A stretch of 64,000 nt of DNA, taken from Eledone cirrhosa (taxonomy: Eukaryota). Positions 12,804 to 25,195 of the stretch are shown piece by piece. The position numbers and the translations under genes were made by a program. Each line of letters opens with the position of its first letter. Position 1 is the first letter of the stretch. The notes beneath the pieces are model-generated. The model did no database searches and was not told the DNA's origin. It saw nothing but the letters and a program-made list of their open reading frames with translations. The DNA is taken from NCBI GenBank assembly GCA_964016885.1, contig OZ024743.1, forward strand, positions 359,724,001-359,788,000, read 5' to 3'.

Positions 12804-14107
12804 TTATAGTTATAAACGCGGATGGTTTGTACATTTTTATTTATTCTTTAAATTGATATGTATTTTTTATTCCTTTGGTAGACAATATGTTTTTCACTCT
12901 ATTCCTATTCTATCCCCTATAATTGAACACATATCTTGGAAATACATGTGAGGTTAACGTCACAGTTTTGATATTTTCGAAATTGTTTGAAGTGTTTTAA
13001 ACAAGATTCACTACACTTAGGTCAACCCCTGCTAAGCCTAGCTGAAATCATCCCTTGTTCTTTGTAGGGCATGCACTTTTGAAATTTGATCCCCTCATTA
13101 GAGGAATTGAATTAATAGAATGTAGATAATGTTTCAGTGCTCTGTTAATAGTTATTCACACTGACAAACCACGAAAGTATTTATAACAAAATTCATTTAC
13201 CCCATCAATGTAACCTACAGATTCTCTTAAGTACTACTCTCCTTGAAGTTATTTGTAAGTGAAATCATTTTATTTGTGAAGCTTCAAGATAGCAAATATA
13301 CCCAAACCATTAAGGTATTTTAAAATAAATTGTTTGCTCTGCTCTGAATACACACACACTGTGTAATCGTGACTATATAAATATTTACTCAGTTTATCCA
13401 TTCGACAATGGGAAATGAAAGGGATAGTAAATTCATTTTGTCGTAGTTTTTATTGTATGGCAAGAAAGTAGGTCTAAAGTTATATAAAACACTGCAGGAT
13501 TTTAATCACCACTCTCAAAATAATTATCCATTGAAATATTTTATATATGAGCATTTCGTGGTTACTCATTAAACTTATCTATTTATTTGAACACAGTGCA
13601 CCGCAATTCGTACTTTAATAAATCACTATATGTTAAGAGAGTGCGTGCAATTTGCTTTGAATCGATGTGTATGTGCGTGACTCCAGCTGTAAGTTTTTCA
13701 GAAGACCCTAAAGGAGACCGTTACAATACGGAAAAGGTCGTATATCGTAAACAGTTCGTCGATAAAAAACGAAGAGAGACAATTCTTTTTGAAATTTTGA
13801 AGGACTGATCGAACGGTTTTTTCTCTCATACTCAGGTTTGTAAGCAAGTGTGAATAGAAATATGTGTGTTACTTAGGGTTTGATGTAATTTTGAATATCT
13901 TAAGACACTTCTAAAAGATTCCTAAAAAATAAAATCAGGAACACGAAAAAGAAATAAGAAATAGGAAATGTGTGTATTACTTAGTGTGTAATAATGTATA
14001 TATATATACATTAGTTAAGCAAAACAAGACAACAAATTTCACAAGGAAGACATTATTAAAAGATTGTCAGGATAGTTTTAGTTTAATGTAAGGAATGTAG
14101 AGAATGT

Positions 14108-14270
14108 AGCAATTACCCAGTGCATTACTGGTACTTTATTTTATCGACCCCGTAAGGATGAAAGGCAAAGTTAACCTCGGCGGGATTTGAACTCAGAATG
14201 GCAAGGGCCGTAACTATGCATCAAAGCATGGCGTCCGACCCTCTACCGATACTGCCAATCTACCGCCTTT
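14108..14270 (-). mobile_element. tRNA-derived SINE
   Basis: Reverse complement aaggcggtagattggcagtatcgg...gttcaaatcccgccgagg...ggggtcgataaaataaagtaccag. Confidence 0.9.
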
Positions 14271-14301
14271 ATTAATAATAATAATAATGATATTAATAAT
14301 A

Positions 14302-14538
14302 TCCGAATAATAAAGCTTTCTTTATTAACCACAAGGGTTTACATGAAGTAGACATTAAGGACAGTACAGGACAATGCAGGACGGTACAAATGGGGATTTC
14401 TGCGTGTAAAAACCCAAAACAGAGGATGTAACAAAAAAATAACAATGAAACATTCCCCAATAGGGGGGAGACTTCCGAGCGGCATTTGTGGAGAAAGCCC
14501 ATTAAAAGGCCACAGTGACCCTCATCACCGAATAATAA
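14302..14538 (-). mobile_element. Tx1-like LINE (lineage A) 3' UTR fragment
   Basis: Matches 27470-27700 in reverse; ends cccttgtggttaataaagaaa; candidate target-site duplication TTATTATTCGG at both ends (minus strand). Confidence 0.85.
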
Positions 14539-15108
14539 TAATAATAATATTAATAATTGTTTCTACTATTAGCACAAATGTCCATTTACAATCGTTTCGC
14601 TACTCCATATAATGTTTCTGGATAAAATGATTATAGATCATTATTGATCTGGTTCAGTTGAAGATAATTAACTTAGGTAAAATTAGAGCAGCTCACCGGA
14701 ACTTCAAAAGGAATATAAATTAAAATAAAGAAAGAATGTTACATGAATGTAATATTCCATATATTGGTATTTCACTATGGTGTCCTGGGTATATGTATTG
14801 TCTGCCATAGTCGAGCAATATTCTTTTGTCGAGGCTGCATTGTGTGAGATCTGCCTATGGGTAACACGATGGCCGCCAATGGGCATATTTACCTTACTAA
14901 TTAGAGGGTGGTTTCAGGGGAAGTAACTCCCCGAGAAATTATAAATTGCGGGTAGCTTATAGTTAAGAAGTGCTAATTTTTTAATTAAGAGACAATGTAA
15001 TTGAGAGACAATGTAAGGGAGGTAACTTATAATTATGTAAATTAGCTATAACTATTTTACTTATTAGCTATAAGTAAAACTGGGGCTAGATGACTATGTT
15101 CGGTCAAA

Positions 15109-18100
15109 TATTATTATTATTATTATTATTATTATTACAGTTGCATTTATCTTGCTTTATGTTCATACGAGTTATCACCAAGTCACAACCAGTGACCTCA
15201 AGAGACAACAAGGTCCGCCATGTTTAAGAAAGAACATACATACTCACACATGCATCTGTAGTGTTTAGACTTGTGATGTACTTATATTGACAGAATCTTC
15301 CTTAGTATATGGGCAGTTTCCATTAGTACTATCTTTTGTATTTCTCCTATACGCGGGTTTCCTGGGATTTGCAATAAGTAATCATTAGACCCCTTAGGTA
15401 TCATTCCCAGAGCGCCTACAACCACTGGTATTGTTTTAGTTCTCAATTTCCACATTTTTCCAATTTCTATCTCCAGGTCCTTATACTTGCTCAATTTTTC
15501 AAATGTTTTTATAGATACATTCTTGTCTATTGGAACATACATATCAATTAGCAGGCATACCCTCCTTTGAAAGTCCTTCAATATTATATCAGGTCTATTT
15601 GCATCTATTTTTCGGTCTGTTTGGATGCTAAAGTTCCACAAGATTGAGATGTGATCTTTTTCAAGTATGGGAGGTGGTTGATGCTCCCACCAATTCTTTT
15701 GATGGGGCAGGTCAAAATGCTTACACATTATCCAATGTATGTATTGTGCAGCTCTGTCATGCCTGTTTAGGTATTCGGTTGGAGCAATAGGACTGCACAT
15801 TGAAATTATATGGTCAATGGTCTCTGGTTGTTTTTTGCATACACGGCATAATGGGCTGCACCCATTTTTTATTATGTTGGCTTGGTAATTTTTTGTTGGC
15901 AGACACTGATCTTGTGCCGATATAATCAGTCCTTCAGTCTCCGATTTCAGTCCAGAGGATGCCAACCACTGATGGGTTAAAGTTTTGTCAACATCAGGAT
16001 TGTTAGCTCGCTCTGGGTATTTTCCATACAGAGGCTTTTCTTGCCATTTCTTAGCCAGTTTCTGTAGCAGTTCTTTCTTTGCAGTTACTTTTACCTGCTT
16101 TGCTTTTTCTGTGTTTTCCATTTCAGCAGTAAATGGGACTTCTGAAATTTGTAGTCCATTACTGTATCTTTGTGCATCTTTTGTAATGGAATATGATCTT
16201 TTGGTGCTTTCGTGTTTCAAAACGAGTTTGATCATCCAATCATGTGATTCCCTTAGATATGTGGATAATCCAATTGTTGCAGTTTTCAACGCAATGTTTA
16301 ACTGGATTAACCCACGTCCTCCATCTTTCCTAGGGAGATATATTCTATCTATGTCTGCCTTAGGGTGATGCATTCTGTGCATGGTTAAGAATTTTGGGAT
16401 TTTTGTATCGAGCCTACGGATCTCTGTGCTTGACCAGTTGATGACATTGTAACTGTAGGTTACTACTGGTATGGCAAGCGTGATTATGGCATCGATCCTA
16501 TTCCTTGCATTCAATTCCGTTCTTAAGATTGCTCTGACTCTGCGGTAACATTCCTTCCTTATCCTTTCCCTCATTGTCGAGTGCTTGATTCCGTCTCCTT
16601 CACAAACACCTAGATATTTGTAAGTTTTTTCTTGATCAAGCTCTCTTATCACGTTCCCCCGATCAAGATTAATGTCTGAACTCTTCAGCAGCTTTCCTCT
16701 GGTGAACGTTGCTTTGGCGCATTTATCCAGTCCAAACTCAATTTTAATGTCATCACTGAACTGCTTCACAGTGGATAATAGCCCTTGCAATTGTTCATCA
16801 TTTTTTGCAAATAGTTTCAGGTCATCCATGTAGAACAAGTGATTAATGGTTTTGTCATAGACTCTATATCCATGTTTTGTTTCATTGAGCATTTTACTTA
16901 ATGGTATAAGTGCGATGCAGAATAAAAGCGGTGATAAAGAGTCACCCTGAAAAATTCCACAATTAATATTAACTTCTCCAGCTTCCAGTGATTTTGTTTC
17001 ACTATTCAAAAGGAGTGTCGTTCTCCATGTCTTCATACTGAATGACAAAAACCTCCTGACAACGGGGGATATTTTGAAAATCTCTAAATATTTTTCAATC
17101 CAACTGTGTGGCAAACTATCGAATGCTTTTTTATAATCTATCCAAGCAATCGATAGATTTTTGTGTCTATTATGACAATCTTCCAGTATCATTTTGTTAA
17201 CCAGAAGCTGATCCTTACAGCCATATGAGCCTCGTTTACACCCTTTCTGCTCAATGGGAAATAGGTCATTTGTTATCAGGTGGTCATATGTGTATTCAGT
17301 TAGGACTGATGTTAAAATTTTATACATTGTGGTCATGCAGGTTATCGGTCTGTAATTTTTGGGATTGTTTGTCTCATCATTCTTCGGTAGCAGGAATGTA
17401 ATGCCGTTAACTAGCCATGATGGTATCTTTTCTGGCTCCTTAACTATTTCATTGTAAAGTTGGGCTAACAGCTCATGAGACTCTGTGAAGGCATTTATCC
17501 AAAAGTTTTGTATTTTGTCTTTTCCTGGGGATTTCCATTTGCTGGTTTTTCTTAGAGCCAAGCGCAACTGTTCAACTGTTATATTTTCCCATGTTTGTTC
17601 TTCAAGGTGAGCTGTATCTTTCATTTGTCTGTCTATACATGGGGCATGTATGTTATGAACTTTTTCTTCGGCCCAGATCTTTTCCCAGAATTCTTGCACT
17701 TCCTCCTTGGGTGGTATTGATTTAGCAGTTATTGTTGACTTACCAATTTTTCTGTAGAAGTTTCTTTGGTTGTTTTTGAACATATTATTGTCCTTATAGA
17801 ATCTAGATCGTTTTTCAAAGCGCCTTATACGAGCAGCTTTGGCCGACACTTTTTGCTTGATTGTTTCTATCAGCATGTCTATGTCACATGTTGATCTTAT
17901 ACTGTAATTTTTTTTTCAATTTTCTAAGTTTAGTTTGTTTAACATGTTCACCTACTTTATAGTTTGTTAACATTTCTATGTCAGATCGGAGAAGGTTTAT
18001 TTGGCGATTGATGTTATCTTGCCAAGTAGATTTCTTGTGGGAATTCCTTTGTTTTTTCATCTTCACTCCACATAAGTGAGTGGTGACTTTAGCCGATGCA

Positions 18101-19095
18101 TAATAGAGATGATTTAAATCAGTAATGTTTAGTTTGTTTGTGATGATAATGTTTTTGAGAATTATGTTAGTCTTGTGTATTATCTTTTGGTTCTGTTTGG
18201 AGTTCTGGATCTTAGGGAGGGTGTCTCGTTGCCCCATGTCAGATTCTTTCATTTTCATCCATTCGATCATAATTTCATCCTTCAAGTTGGCAAGTTCATT
18301 CTCATTCATTTCTTTATCATTTACGATCTCATTATTTTCATTTGGAGTTTCATCCTGAGCATGCACTCCCTCCACTTTTTCGATCCTTTCTTTAATTTGT
18401 TCTGTTGCCAGTGATTCCGCACCAACCCTGGGATTCGAAGTGTTACAGTTTACCTCGTTTTCACTGACACATGTTTCATTTTCTCTTCGCTGACTTTGTG
18501 CTAATAGCTTGATCTGATCAATTTCTATATCAGTTAGTAACTTTTTTCTTACAATATTTCTTCGTATATTGGCTAGTTTGTTACTGTCAATATAGCCTCT
18601 GTTTTCGGGATGTTTCCTTTTCCAGTTGATATATGTTTGTTCTGTATTCGATGTATTTGATGGGTAGTACATGGTAGTGTAGAAAGCCTCAAGGACTTCT
18701 TTATTATCTTCCCTTGACCATTTTTCTCTCTTTTTCTTTGGATTTCTTGGTGGTGAGCATGGAGGGCCAACAGTAGGAGTATTCCGGTTATGGGAGGTCT
18801 CCAGCTCCGAAGTGATGGGAAGGTTTGAACCATTAGCTGATTTTTCGACCCCAGTCTGGTTCCTCTCTGAGGGACGCGGCCCTTTTTGACCCGGGTGACG
18901 GCCGATCCGGTATGAGATTTAATCATTAGACATTTACTTTATTTTGTCGCGTTTTATCCTTATCCGCCAAGGGGTAATCATTTCGTGTTACCACTTCTAG
19001 AACGAGTGTCAACCAAGACTAGAGGGGTCGTTCTCCCTTAGAGACATGGCTATTCCCCGCCGCCCGCCATCCCGGTATTTCTTGGTCACGGGCTT
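15109..19095 (-). mobile_element. R4/Dong-like RLE non-LTR retrotransposon, near full length (element 1)
   Basis: Frameshifted ORF 18926>15282 with RT, CCHC knuckle and RLE domains; 3' (TAA)n tail at 15109-15137. Confidence 0.92.
15282..17876 (-). CDS. RT + zinc knuckle + restriction-like endonuclease (C-terminal part of a frameshifted ORF)
   Basis: KSPGKD, NYRPITC, DYKKAFDS, GIFQGDSLSPLLF, YMDD, CRVC..ETIDHIISMC, RHD, NRPDI..ID..KLSKY. The N-terminal part lies in ORFs 17884-18672 and 18573-18926. Confidence 0.9.
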   Translation of the reverse strand: MLIETIKQKVSAKAARIRRFEKRSRFYKDNNMFKNNQRNFYRKIGKSTITAKSIPPKEEVQEFWEKIWAEEKVHNIHAPCIDRQMKDTAHLEEQTWENITVEQLRLALRKTSKWKSPGKDKIQNFWINAFTESHELLAQLYNEIVKEPEKIPSWLVNGITFLLPKNDETNNPKNYRPITCMTTMYKILTSVLTEYTYDHLITNDLFPIEQKGCKRGSYGCKDQLLVNKMILEDCHNRHKNLSIAWIDYKKAFDSLPHSWIEKYLEIFKISPVVRRFLSFSMKTWRTTLLLNSETKSLEAGEVNINCGIFQGDSLSPLLFCIALIPLSKMLNETKHGYRVYDKTINHLFYMDDLKLFAKNDEQLQGLLSTVKQFSDDIKIEFGLDKCAKATFTRGKLLKSSDINLDRGNVIRELDQEKTYKYLGVCEGDGIKHSTMRERIRKECYRRVRAILRTELNARNRIDAIITLAIPVVTYSYNVINWSSTEIRRLDTKIPKFLTMHRMHHPKADIDRIYLPRKDGGRGLIQLNIALKTATIGLSTYLRESHDWMIKLVLKHESTKRSYSITKDAQRYSNGLQISEVPFTAEMENTEKAKQVKVTAKKELLQKLAKKWQEKPLYGKYPERANNPDVDKTLTHQWLASSGLKSETEGLIISAQDQCLPTKNYQANIIKNGCSPLCRVCKKQPETIDHIISMCSPIAPTEYLNRHDRAAQYIHWIMCKHFDLPHQKNWWEHQPPPILEKDHISILWNFSIQTDRKIDANRPDIILKDFQRRVCLLIDMYVPIDKNVSIKTFEKLSKYKDLEIEIGKMWKLRTKTIPVVVGALGMIPKGSNDYLLQIPGNPRIGEIQKIVLMETAHILRKILSI

Positions 19096-19381
19096 TTCTT
19101 TTTGTTGTTTTTTTAAATTGTTATTATCATGAGTGGTTCCTTAATGTGAGCATTGCGTGGCTTAAGAATGAAATTATTAATAATTGTCTCCACTCCAGGC
19201 ACAAGGCCAGCAATCACCCAGTGCATTACAATAATATAATATACTTTTGTTGTAGTTGGCTGTTATTGTTGTTGGCTATGTCGGTGGTGGTGCCGGGGCT
19301 TTTTATATTGTTGGTGAGGAAGGGGTGAGCCAGCAGTCCCATAATTGTTGATGTAGACGTTTGGCCGGTGGCAAGGTCACA

Positions 19382-19938
19382 AAGTCAATCTATTTATATC
19401 TTTTGCTAGCCTCTCTCTTGTCTAGTGATACCGCCACCTTCCCCTTTATCTCTCAAGTTAACAAGGGAATAGTGTTGGTAGCATTGAATGAGTGGTGGCG
19501 GCGCTGATGGATGCGGTGGGGTGGTGGCAGCGGTGGTGTTGTGGTTACTGATATAGTATCTATGAGTTTGTGTTCGTATGTTTAATATATATTTTTATTA
19601 TATTTTGTGTTGACATATTCCCGTAAAATTTGAATTAAACATTTTTTAAAATTTGAGACCAAGTCAATCTATTTATATCTTTTACTAGCCTCTCTCTTGT
19701 CTAGTGATACCGCCACCTTCCCTTTTCTCTCTCAAGTTAACAGGGGAATAGTGTCGGTAGCATTGAATGAGTGGTGGCGGCGATGATGGATGCGGCGGGG
19801 TGGTGGCAGCGGTGGTGTTGTGGTTACTGATATAGTATCTATGAGTTTGTGTTCGTATGTTTAATATATATTTTTATTATATTTTGTGTTGACATATTCC
19901 CGTAAAATTTGAATTAAACATTTTTTAAAATTTGAGAC
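19382..19938. repeat. Two-copy tandem duplication, ~279 bp unit
   Basis: aagtcaatctatttatatc...aaatttgagac is repeated with few substitutions. Confidence 0.92.
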
Positions 19939-19974
19939 AATAATAATAGTAATTATTATTATGATGCTGGTGAA

Positions 19975-20332
19975 ATTGCCGTTATCTGGCTGTTATATTT
20001 AGTGTGATGGGATAGGTAGTGTATCAAGTTTCTGGTGTTGGTGAAATTGAAATTGCTGCTATTTGGCTGTTCTATATATTGTAGACAGAGGGTGTTTTGT
20101 TCCATTTATAACCATTTTCTTTTTTTGAATACAAAATATATAATACAAAATTGAATATTTGAGCGATACAACAATATAATATGGATCCGAAACTTTATGG
20201 GACCTCATTCGGTGCATTTATGCAACATTTGTGCTAAGAATTGTTCTTTCACAATTGATTTAAATATGTTAAAAATCAAAAACTTACGGGAGCAATTTCG
20301 TGACGTTCTACCACCTCGTGCGTCTTCTTCCC

Positions 20333-20333
<1 letters not shown>
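19975..20333 (-). repeat. Unclassified dispersed repeat X' (paralog of 24575-24950)
   Basis: Shared gccgttatctggctg...aaacttacgggagc...cacctcgtgcgtcttcttccc, immediately abutting (TTA)n. Confidence 0.8.
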
Positions 20334-20406
<73 letters not shown>

Positions 20407-23400
20407 GTTGTTATTCCTTGAATCTCAGTCATTGATGTTAGTTAACTGGAAAGTCCGTTGGATTGAATATCAAGCCACTACCTGCAGCCTCAGATATTCA
20501 GGACGTATCGGAGGGTTCTTGCTGTTCCAAGCAAGCATGCCTTTTGAAGCGTTCCAAAAAGCGTGAAGGGGCCGATTTTCTTTAACCATCCCTGGAAACT
20601 TTTGGAGATAGTCCCCAGTGCGCCTATGACAATCGGAATCACTTTGACTTCATGGCAGTTCCAAATCCTTTTCACCTCCCACTTTAGGTCCTGGTATCGG
20701 TTAATTTTCTCCCTCTCCTTCTCTTGCACTCTCGTGTCGAACGGGCAGGCCACATCCACAATCAGACACGATCTTTTTTCTTTGTCCACAACCACTAGGT
20801 CAGGTCTATTGTGTTCCAGTTTTTTGTCCGTCTGTATCCTAAAATCCCACAGCATCTTCACCTGATTGTTCTCCATCACCGCCTCTGGCCTATGCTCATA
20901 CCATTTCTCAGGATGTGGTAAATTGTTTACTTTGCACAGGTGCCAGTGGATCACCCTGCCCATCACATCGTGTCTCCAGCCCTTATAGTGGGTCTGGGCT
21001 AGGTGTTTACACTCGGACACAATGTGAGCCACAGTCTCCTCTCTCTCTCCACAGATCCTGCACAGTGGGCTAGCCTCCTCCTTGTAAATATGGTGCTTCA
21101 ACCACTTCGTTTTGAGGGCCTGCTCCTGCGCAGCCATTAGCATTCCTTCTGTAGCCTTTTTGAGGTCTCCTCTTCTCAACCAGTTCCATGTCTGTGGATC
21201 TCTAAATTCAGTTTTCTCAAAGAAGGTACTATGAAGGGATTTTCCCTTAAGGCTGCTCTTCCTCCTTGATGTTATTTCCTCCTTGGACATACCCTGGCCT
21301 ACTGTCCCCTCCTTCAGTACAGCTCTGAGCATTGGCTCCTTACTATAGGTCACGTATTTGTATAGGTTGTTTTTCTCCATCTGAACACAGTCCTCTATGC
21401 TGATAAGACCTCTTCCACCCTCAGATCTCCTTAGGTAGAGTCTATCGACATCACTCCTCTTGTGGAACATGTTGTAGATAGTCAATAGCTTCCTAGTCTT
21501 CCTATCCATTTCTTTTTGTTCAGCAACATTCCATCTCAGAATTCCCGCACTGTACCTAATAATAGACACAGCTCAGGAATTTACTGCGCTTATGGCATTT
21601 CTGCTGTTCAGATGTGACTTCAATACGCTCCTTATTCTCCGAATGTATTCGGTTCTTAACAATTCCTTCATTTTTTTGTTCTTTATGCCATCAGCCTCCA
21701 GAACGCCCAAATACTTGTATCCTTCCTCAGAGTCAATTTCCTTTATCATCTCACCTGTTGGTATCTGGATCCCGTTACTTCTGCTCAACCTACCCCTCCT
21801 CATCACAATGACTCCACATTTACCAATACCAAACTGCATACATATATCACTGCTGAAAATACGGACAGTGTCAACGAGCACATCCAACTCCTTCTCACTT
21901 TTCCCGAAAAGCTTAAGATCATCCATGAAGAGGAGGTGATTGATGGTAAGCTCACCCCTTCCCAACTTGTATCCTGCTCTCACTTTTCGCATCATGATGG
22001 TCAAGGGCATCAGGGCAAGGACAAACAACAGAGGGGACAGGCTATCTCCCTGGAAGATACCTCTCTTGATCTTCACGCTTCCCAAGGATACTCCAGTTGA
22101 TGTCAACTCTGTCTCCCAGGACCCCATACTCCTGCCCAGCAACTGTCTGATGTTATCTGCCACCCTGAAGATCTCCAGGCTTTTGGTGATCCAAGAATGA
22201 GGCACCATGTCAAATGCCTTTCTGTAGTCTATCCATCCCATGGCCAGATCAGTGTGTCTCCTCCTGCAATTCCCCATTACCATCTTATCAATAAGTAACT
22301 GGTCCTTTGTACCACGTGACTTCTTTCGGCATCCTTTCTGTTCGTCCGGCAACAAGTTGTTTGTGTGGAGGTGATGGTAGATTTCCTCAGACACAATGCT
22401 CATCAACAGTTTCCACATTACGGACAGACATGTGATAGGTCTATAGTTGGTAACATCATTACCCTTGATTCGGTCTTTCATTATCAGAACTGTGGTACCT
22501 TTTGTCAACCACTCTGGCACCTCACCCGACACCAAGCAGTCATTGAACATGGCCGTCAGCTTCGGTTGGAGGGATGTTAAATGTTTAATCCAATACCCCT
22601 GCACACCATCTGGGCCTGGTGATTTCCAGTTGGTTAGTTTTTTGGCCTGCCCCTTAAGAGTTTCAACTGTGATACTCAAATCAGTCTGTTGTTGTGCCTG
22701 CTCACCGATCTCCCTCTGTACTGTCTCAATCCACCCTGCCTGGACATTATGTCTAACATCCTGCTCCCATATTCCTCTCCAGAATGTTTTAGTTTGCCCC
22801 GCCCCAGGGATCAAGTCGTTGCCTCTTTCTTTCCCCTCAAGCTGTCCAAACAGCATCTTCTGGTTGTTGTCGAACATGCGGTTCTGTTTATACTGACTGA
22901 CTCTGTTCTCGTATCGCCTGATTTTTGCACTCTTTGCTACAATGCGTTGCTTCAGTTCCTCTATGATAATATTTAGCTTTTTCCTCCTAGTTTTGTATTT
23001 TATTTCCAGTCTATTTTTAGTGCCTATATTTTTCAGTGTCCCATTCAGTAGTGACTCAAGCTTTCCTATGTCATTTCTCATTTCCCCGATTTGCCCACTC
23101 AGTCGCTTCTTCCACCATGGCTCTGCTCTTTCTTGTCTGTTGTTTCCTCTCGCTTTTATACCAAGTAGTTTCCTCACCGTATTTGCTGTTGCTTTGAGGA
23201 TATTGTTGCACTGGTGAAGGCTCCTCGCCTCAAGGTATGGGATGACTTTGTTTACCTTAGCTGTTGTTTCTTTTAACTTTTTCCTGTCTACAAATCTTAG
23301 GTTCATAGGTCTCCCACTATCATTGTTCAATTCATCTACCACTAAATTTAGGATGTCAACCGAATCTTGTCCTAGCCCGTCAGCATTCATCTCCTCAGTG

Positions 23401-24060
23401 GCCGTATCTCTGTTCCAGGTATTATTTATCTCAGTATTCAGATCATTGTCTGCTTCGGGTGGTTCCTTCGTTCTCAGGACCTCTTCACCTTCATTTCCCA
23501 CTGGCTCGCTCGTCTGGCATACTACACCCGCCATCTCCAAGCCATTCTCTCTGCTCAGCTCCTCCAGTTTCAGCTCGCTTATCCACCCATTAGTTCTTAT
23601 TACCCGAGCCTGCCCGGCCAATTTTTGTTCATCTAATTTAAATAAACCAATCTCGTTCCAGATGTTATGCATCCGTATCCTGTAGCCCCTCTCCTTGGGG
23701 TTACTTTTCAGGTAACATTGCATAACAGTTCTATTCAATTCTTTCGTCCAGTTGGTTCTGGCCCCTTTCCTTCTTCTCCTTCCTCCAACATCAGCAGTAT
23801 TTGGTTGACAGTCAGGTTCCTGCTGCTGAGCCAGGGGGCACCTGTTGGGTGAGAGTCTGTCACATGACGTTCTAGTCTCCATTTCACCGTTATTCGAACT
23901 GTTTCTGTTCGATATTTAAACACTCTTATCGAGGATTGGCGAATGTATGGTTACATAGCCATCTGTGGATCCGCCATTCCACTTGGCCCTTGTGTGGCAT
24001 TATCACCACGCTGTATACGAACACACATAAACAAACAAACACACAGGCAGAAAGGGCCCC
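20334..24060 (-). mobile_element. R4/Dong-like RLE non-LTR retrotransposon, near full length (element 2)
   Basis: ORF 23882>20490 broken once at ~21570; KSPGPD, NYRPITC, GIFQGDSLSPLLF, FMDD, CRIC..ETVAHIVSEC, RHD, NRPDLVV..D..KINRY; (TAA)n tail at 20334-20406. Confidence 0.93.
21573..23882 (-). CDS. R4/Dong-like polyprotein N-terminus and RT (continues in 20490-21569 after a frameshift)
   Basis: 769 aa ORF with RT motifs; the adjacent 359 aa ORF carries the knuckle and RLE. Confidence 0.9.
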   Translation of the reverse strand: METRTSCDRLSPNRCPLAQQQEPDCQPNTADVGGRRRRKGARTNWTKELNRTVMQCYLKSNPKERGYRIRMHNIWNEIGLFKLDEQKLAGQARVIRTNGWISELKLEELSRENGLEMAGVVCQTSEPVGNEGEEVLRTKEPPEADNDLNTEINNTWNRDTATEEMNADGLGQDSVDILNLVVDELNNDSGRPMNLRFVDRKKLKETTAKVNKVIPYLEARSLHQCNNILKATANTVRKLLGIKARGNNRQERAEPWWKKRLSGQIGEMRNDIGKLESLLNGTLKNIGTKNRLEIKYKTRRKKLNIIIEELKQRIVAKSAKIRRYENRVSQYKQNRMFDNNQKMLFGQLEGKERGNDLIPGAGQTKTFWRGIWEQDVRHNVQAGWIETVQREIGEQAQQQTDLSITVETLKGQAKKLTNWKSPGPDGVQGYWIKHLTSLQPKLTAMFNDCLVSGEVPEWLTKGTTVLIMKDRIKGNDVTNYRPITCLSVMWKLLMSIVSEEIYHHLHTNNLLPDEQKGCRKKSRGTKDQLLIDKMVMGNCRRRHTDLAMGWIDYRKAFDMVPHSWITKSLEIFRVADNIRQLLGRSMGSWETELTSTGVSLGSVKIKRGIFQGDSLSPLLFVLALMPLTIMMRKVRAGYKLGRGELTINHLLFMDDLKLFGKSEKELDVLVDTVRIFSSDICMQFGIGKCGVIVMRRGRLSRSNGIQIPTGEMIKEIDSEEGYKYLGVLEADGIKNKKMKELLRTEYIRRIRSVLKSHLNSRNAISAVNS

Positions 24061-24574
24061 AAAAATGAATAAGCATAACTTTCATTGTAATGTAGTGTTC
24101 GAATGTCTGACTTAGTTTTTGTTTTTTAAGTTTTAGTTTTTCCCCCCTCTTCTCTGTCCGTCCGCCTGCTTCTCTCTTCATTCTTATTTTCTTTACGTTT
24201 TTGGGTTTTTTTTTTGTTTTTGTTTTTCTCGTTTTTTGCTGTTGTTGCTGTGCTGCTTTGGTTTTGTTGTTTGTTTTTTCTTTTTTCTTTTGAGTCTATC
24301 TATATATTTTGATGCCTTCCTCTTTTTTAGCAGTAGGGATTCTATAATGTGGTGGTAGCAGCCAGCTAAAAGAAGTGGGAGACTGGCGGCGGTAGCGATA
24401 CTGAGACAGTGGTGGTGGTGATGTCGATACCGAGGCAGTGGTGGCGGTGATGTGACCGTATTACTGTAGTGATGGTGCTGTAGCGGTGGTAGCAGTGAAG
24501 GAGTGAAGGGGTGGTGGCGGCGGTGATGGGATAATGGTGGTAATGATGGCCGTAGTGAGCGGTGGTGGTGAAAA

Positions 24575-24950
24575 TGCCGTTATCTGGCTGTTGTGTTTAG
24601 TGTACACAGGTGATGGGGTGGGTGGTGTATCTAGTTTCTGGTGTTGGTGAGTTTGGCTGTTCTATATAGTGTAGACAGAGGAGAGGAGGGGGGGGGGGGT
24701 GTTCTTCTTCCATTTATAGCCATTTTCTTTTTTGGATATACAGTGTACAATACAAAGTTGAATATTTGAATATTTGAGCCTTATAACAATATATTTGGGG
24801 TCCGAATTTTTTTGGGCTCAAGCCGGGTGCTTTACGTAGCATTTGTACTAAGAGTTGTTATTTCACAAATGATTTAAATATGTTAAAAATTCAAAACTTA
24901 CGGGAGCGATTTCATGACCTCCGTCACCTCGTGCGTCTTCTTCCCTATTA
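24575..24950 (-). repeat. Unclassified dispersed repeat X
   Basis: Diverged paralog of 19975-20333, followed on the minus strand by a low-complexity ACC/AAC-rich tract to ~24180. Confidence 0.8.
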
Positions 24951-24969
24951 TTATTATTATTATTGTTGT

Positions 24970-25113
24970 TGTTATTCCTTGAATCTCAGTCATTGATGTT
25001 GGTTAACTGGAAGGTCCGTTGGATTGAATATCAAGCCACTACCTGCAGCCTCAGATATTCAGGACGTATCGGAGGGTTCTTGCTGTTCCAAGCAAGCATG
25101 CCTTTTGAAGCGT

Positions 25114-25195
<82 letters not shown>

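Noticed and set aside
14579-14700. Functional hammerhead on the minus strand
   Set aside because: GAAA-CGAUUG-UA and stem II are present, but the core reads CCGGUGA and stem I does not pair.
21592-23852. Numerous plus-strand ORFs over the Dong elements, and antisense ORFs over Tx1 copies
   Set aside because: Shadow frames of retrotransposon ORFs with no independent motifs.
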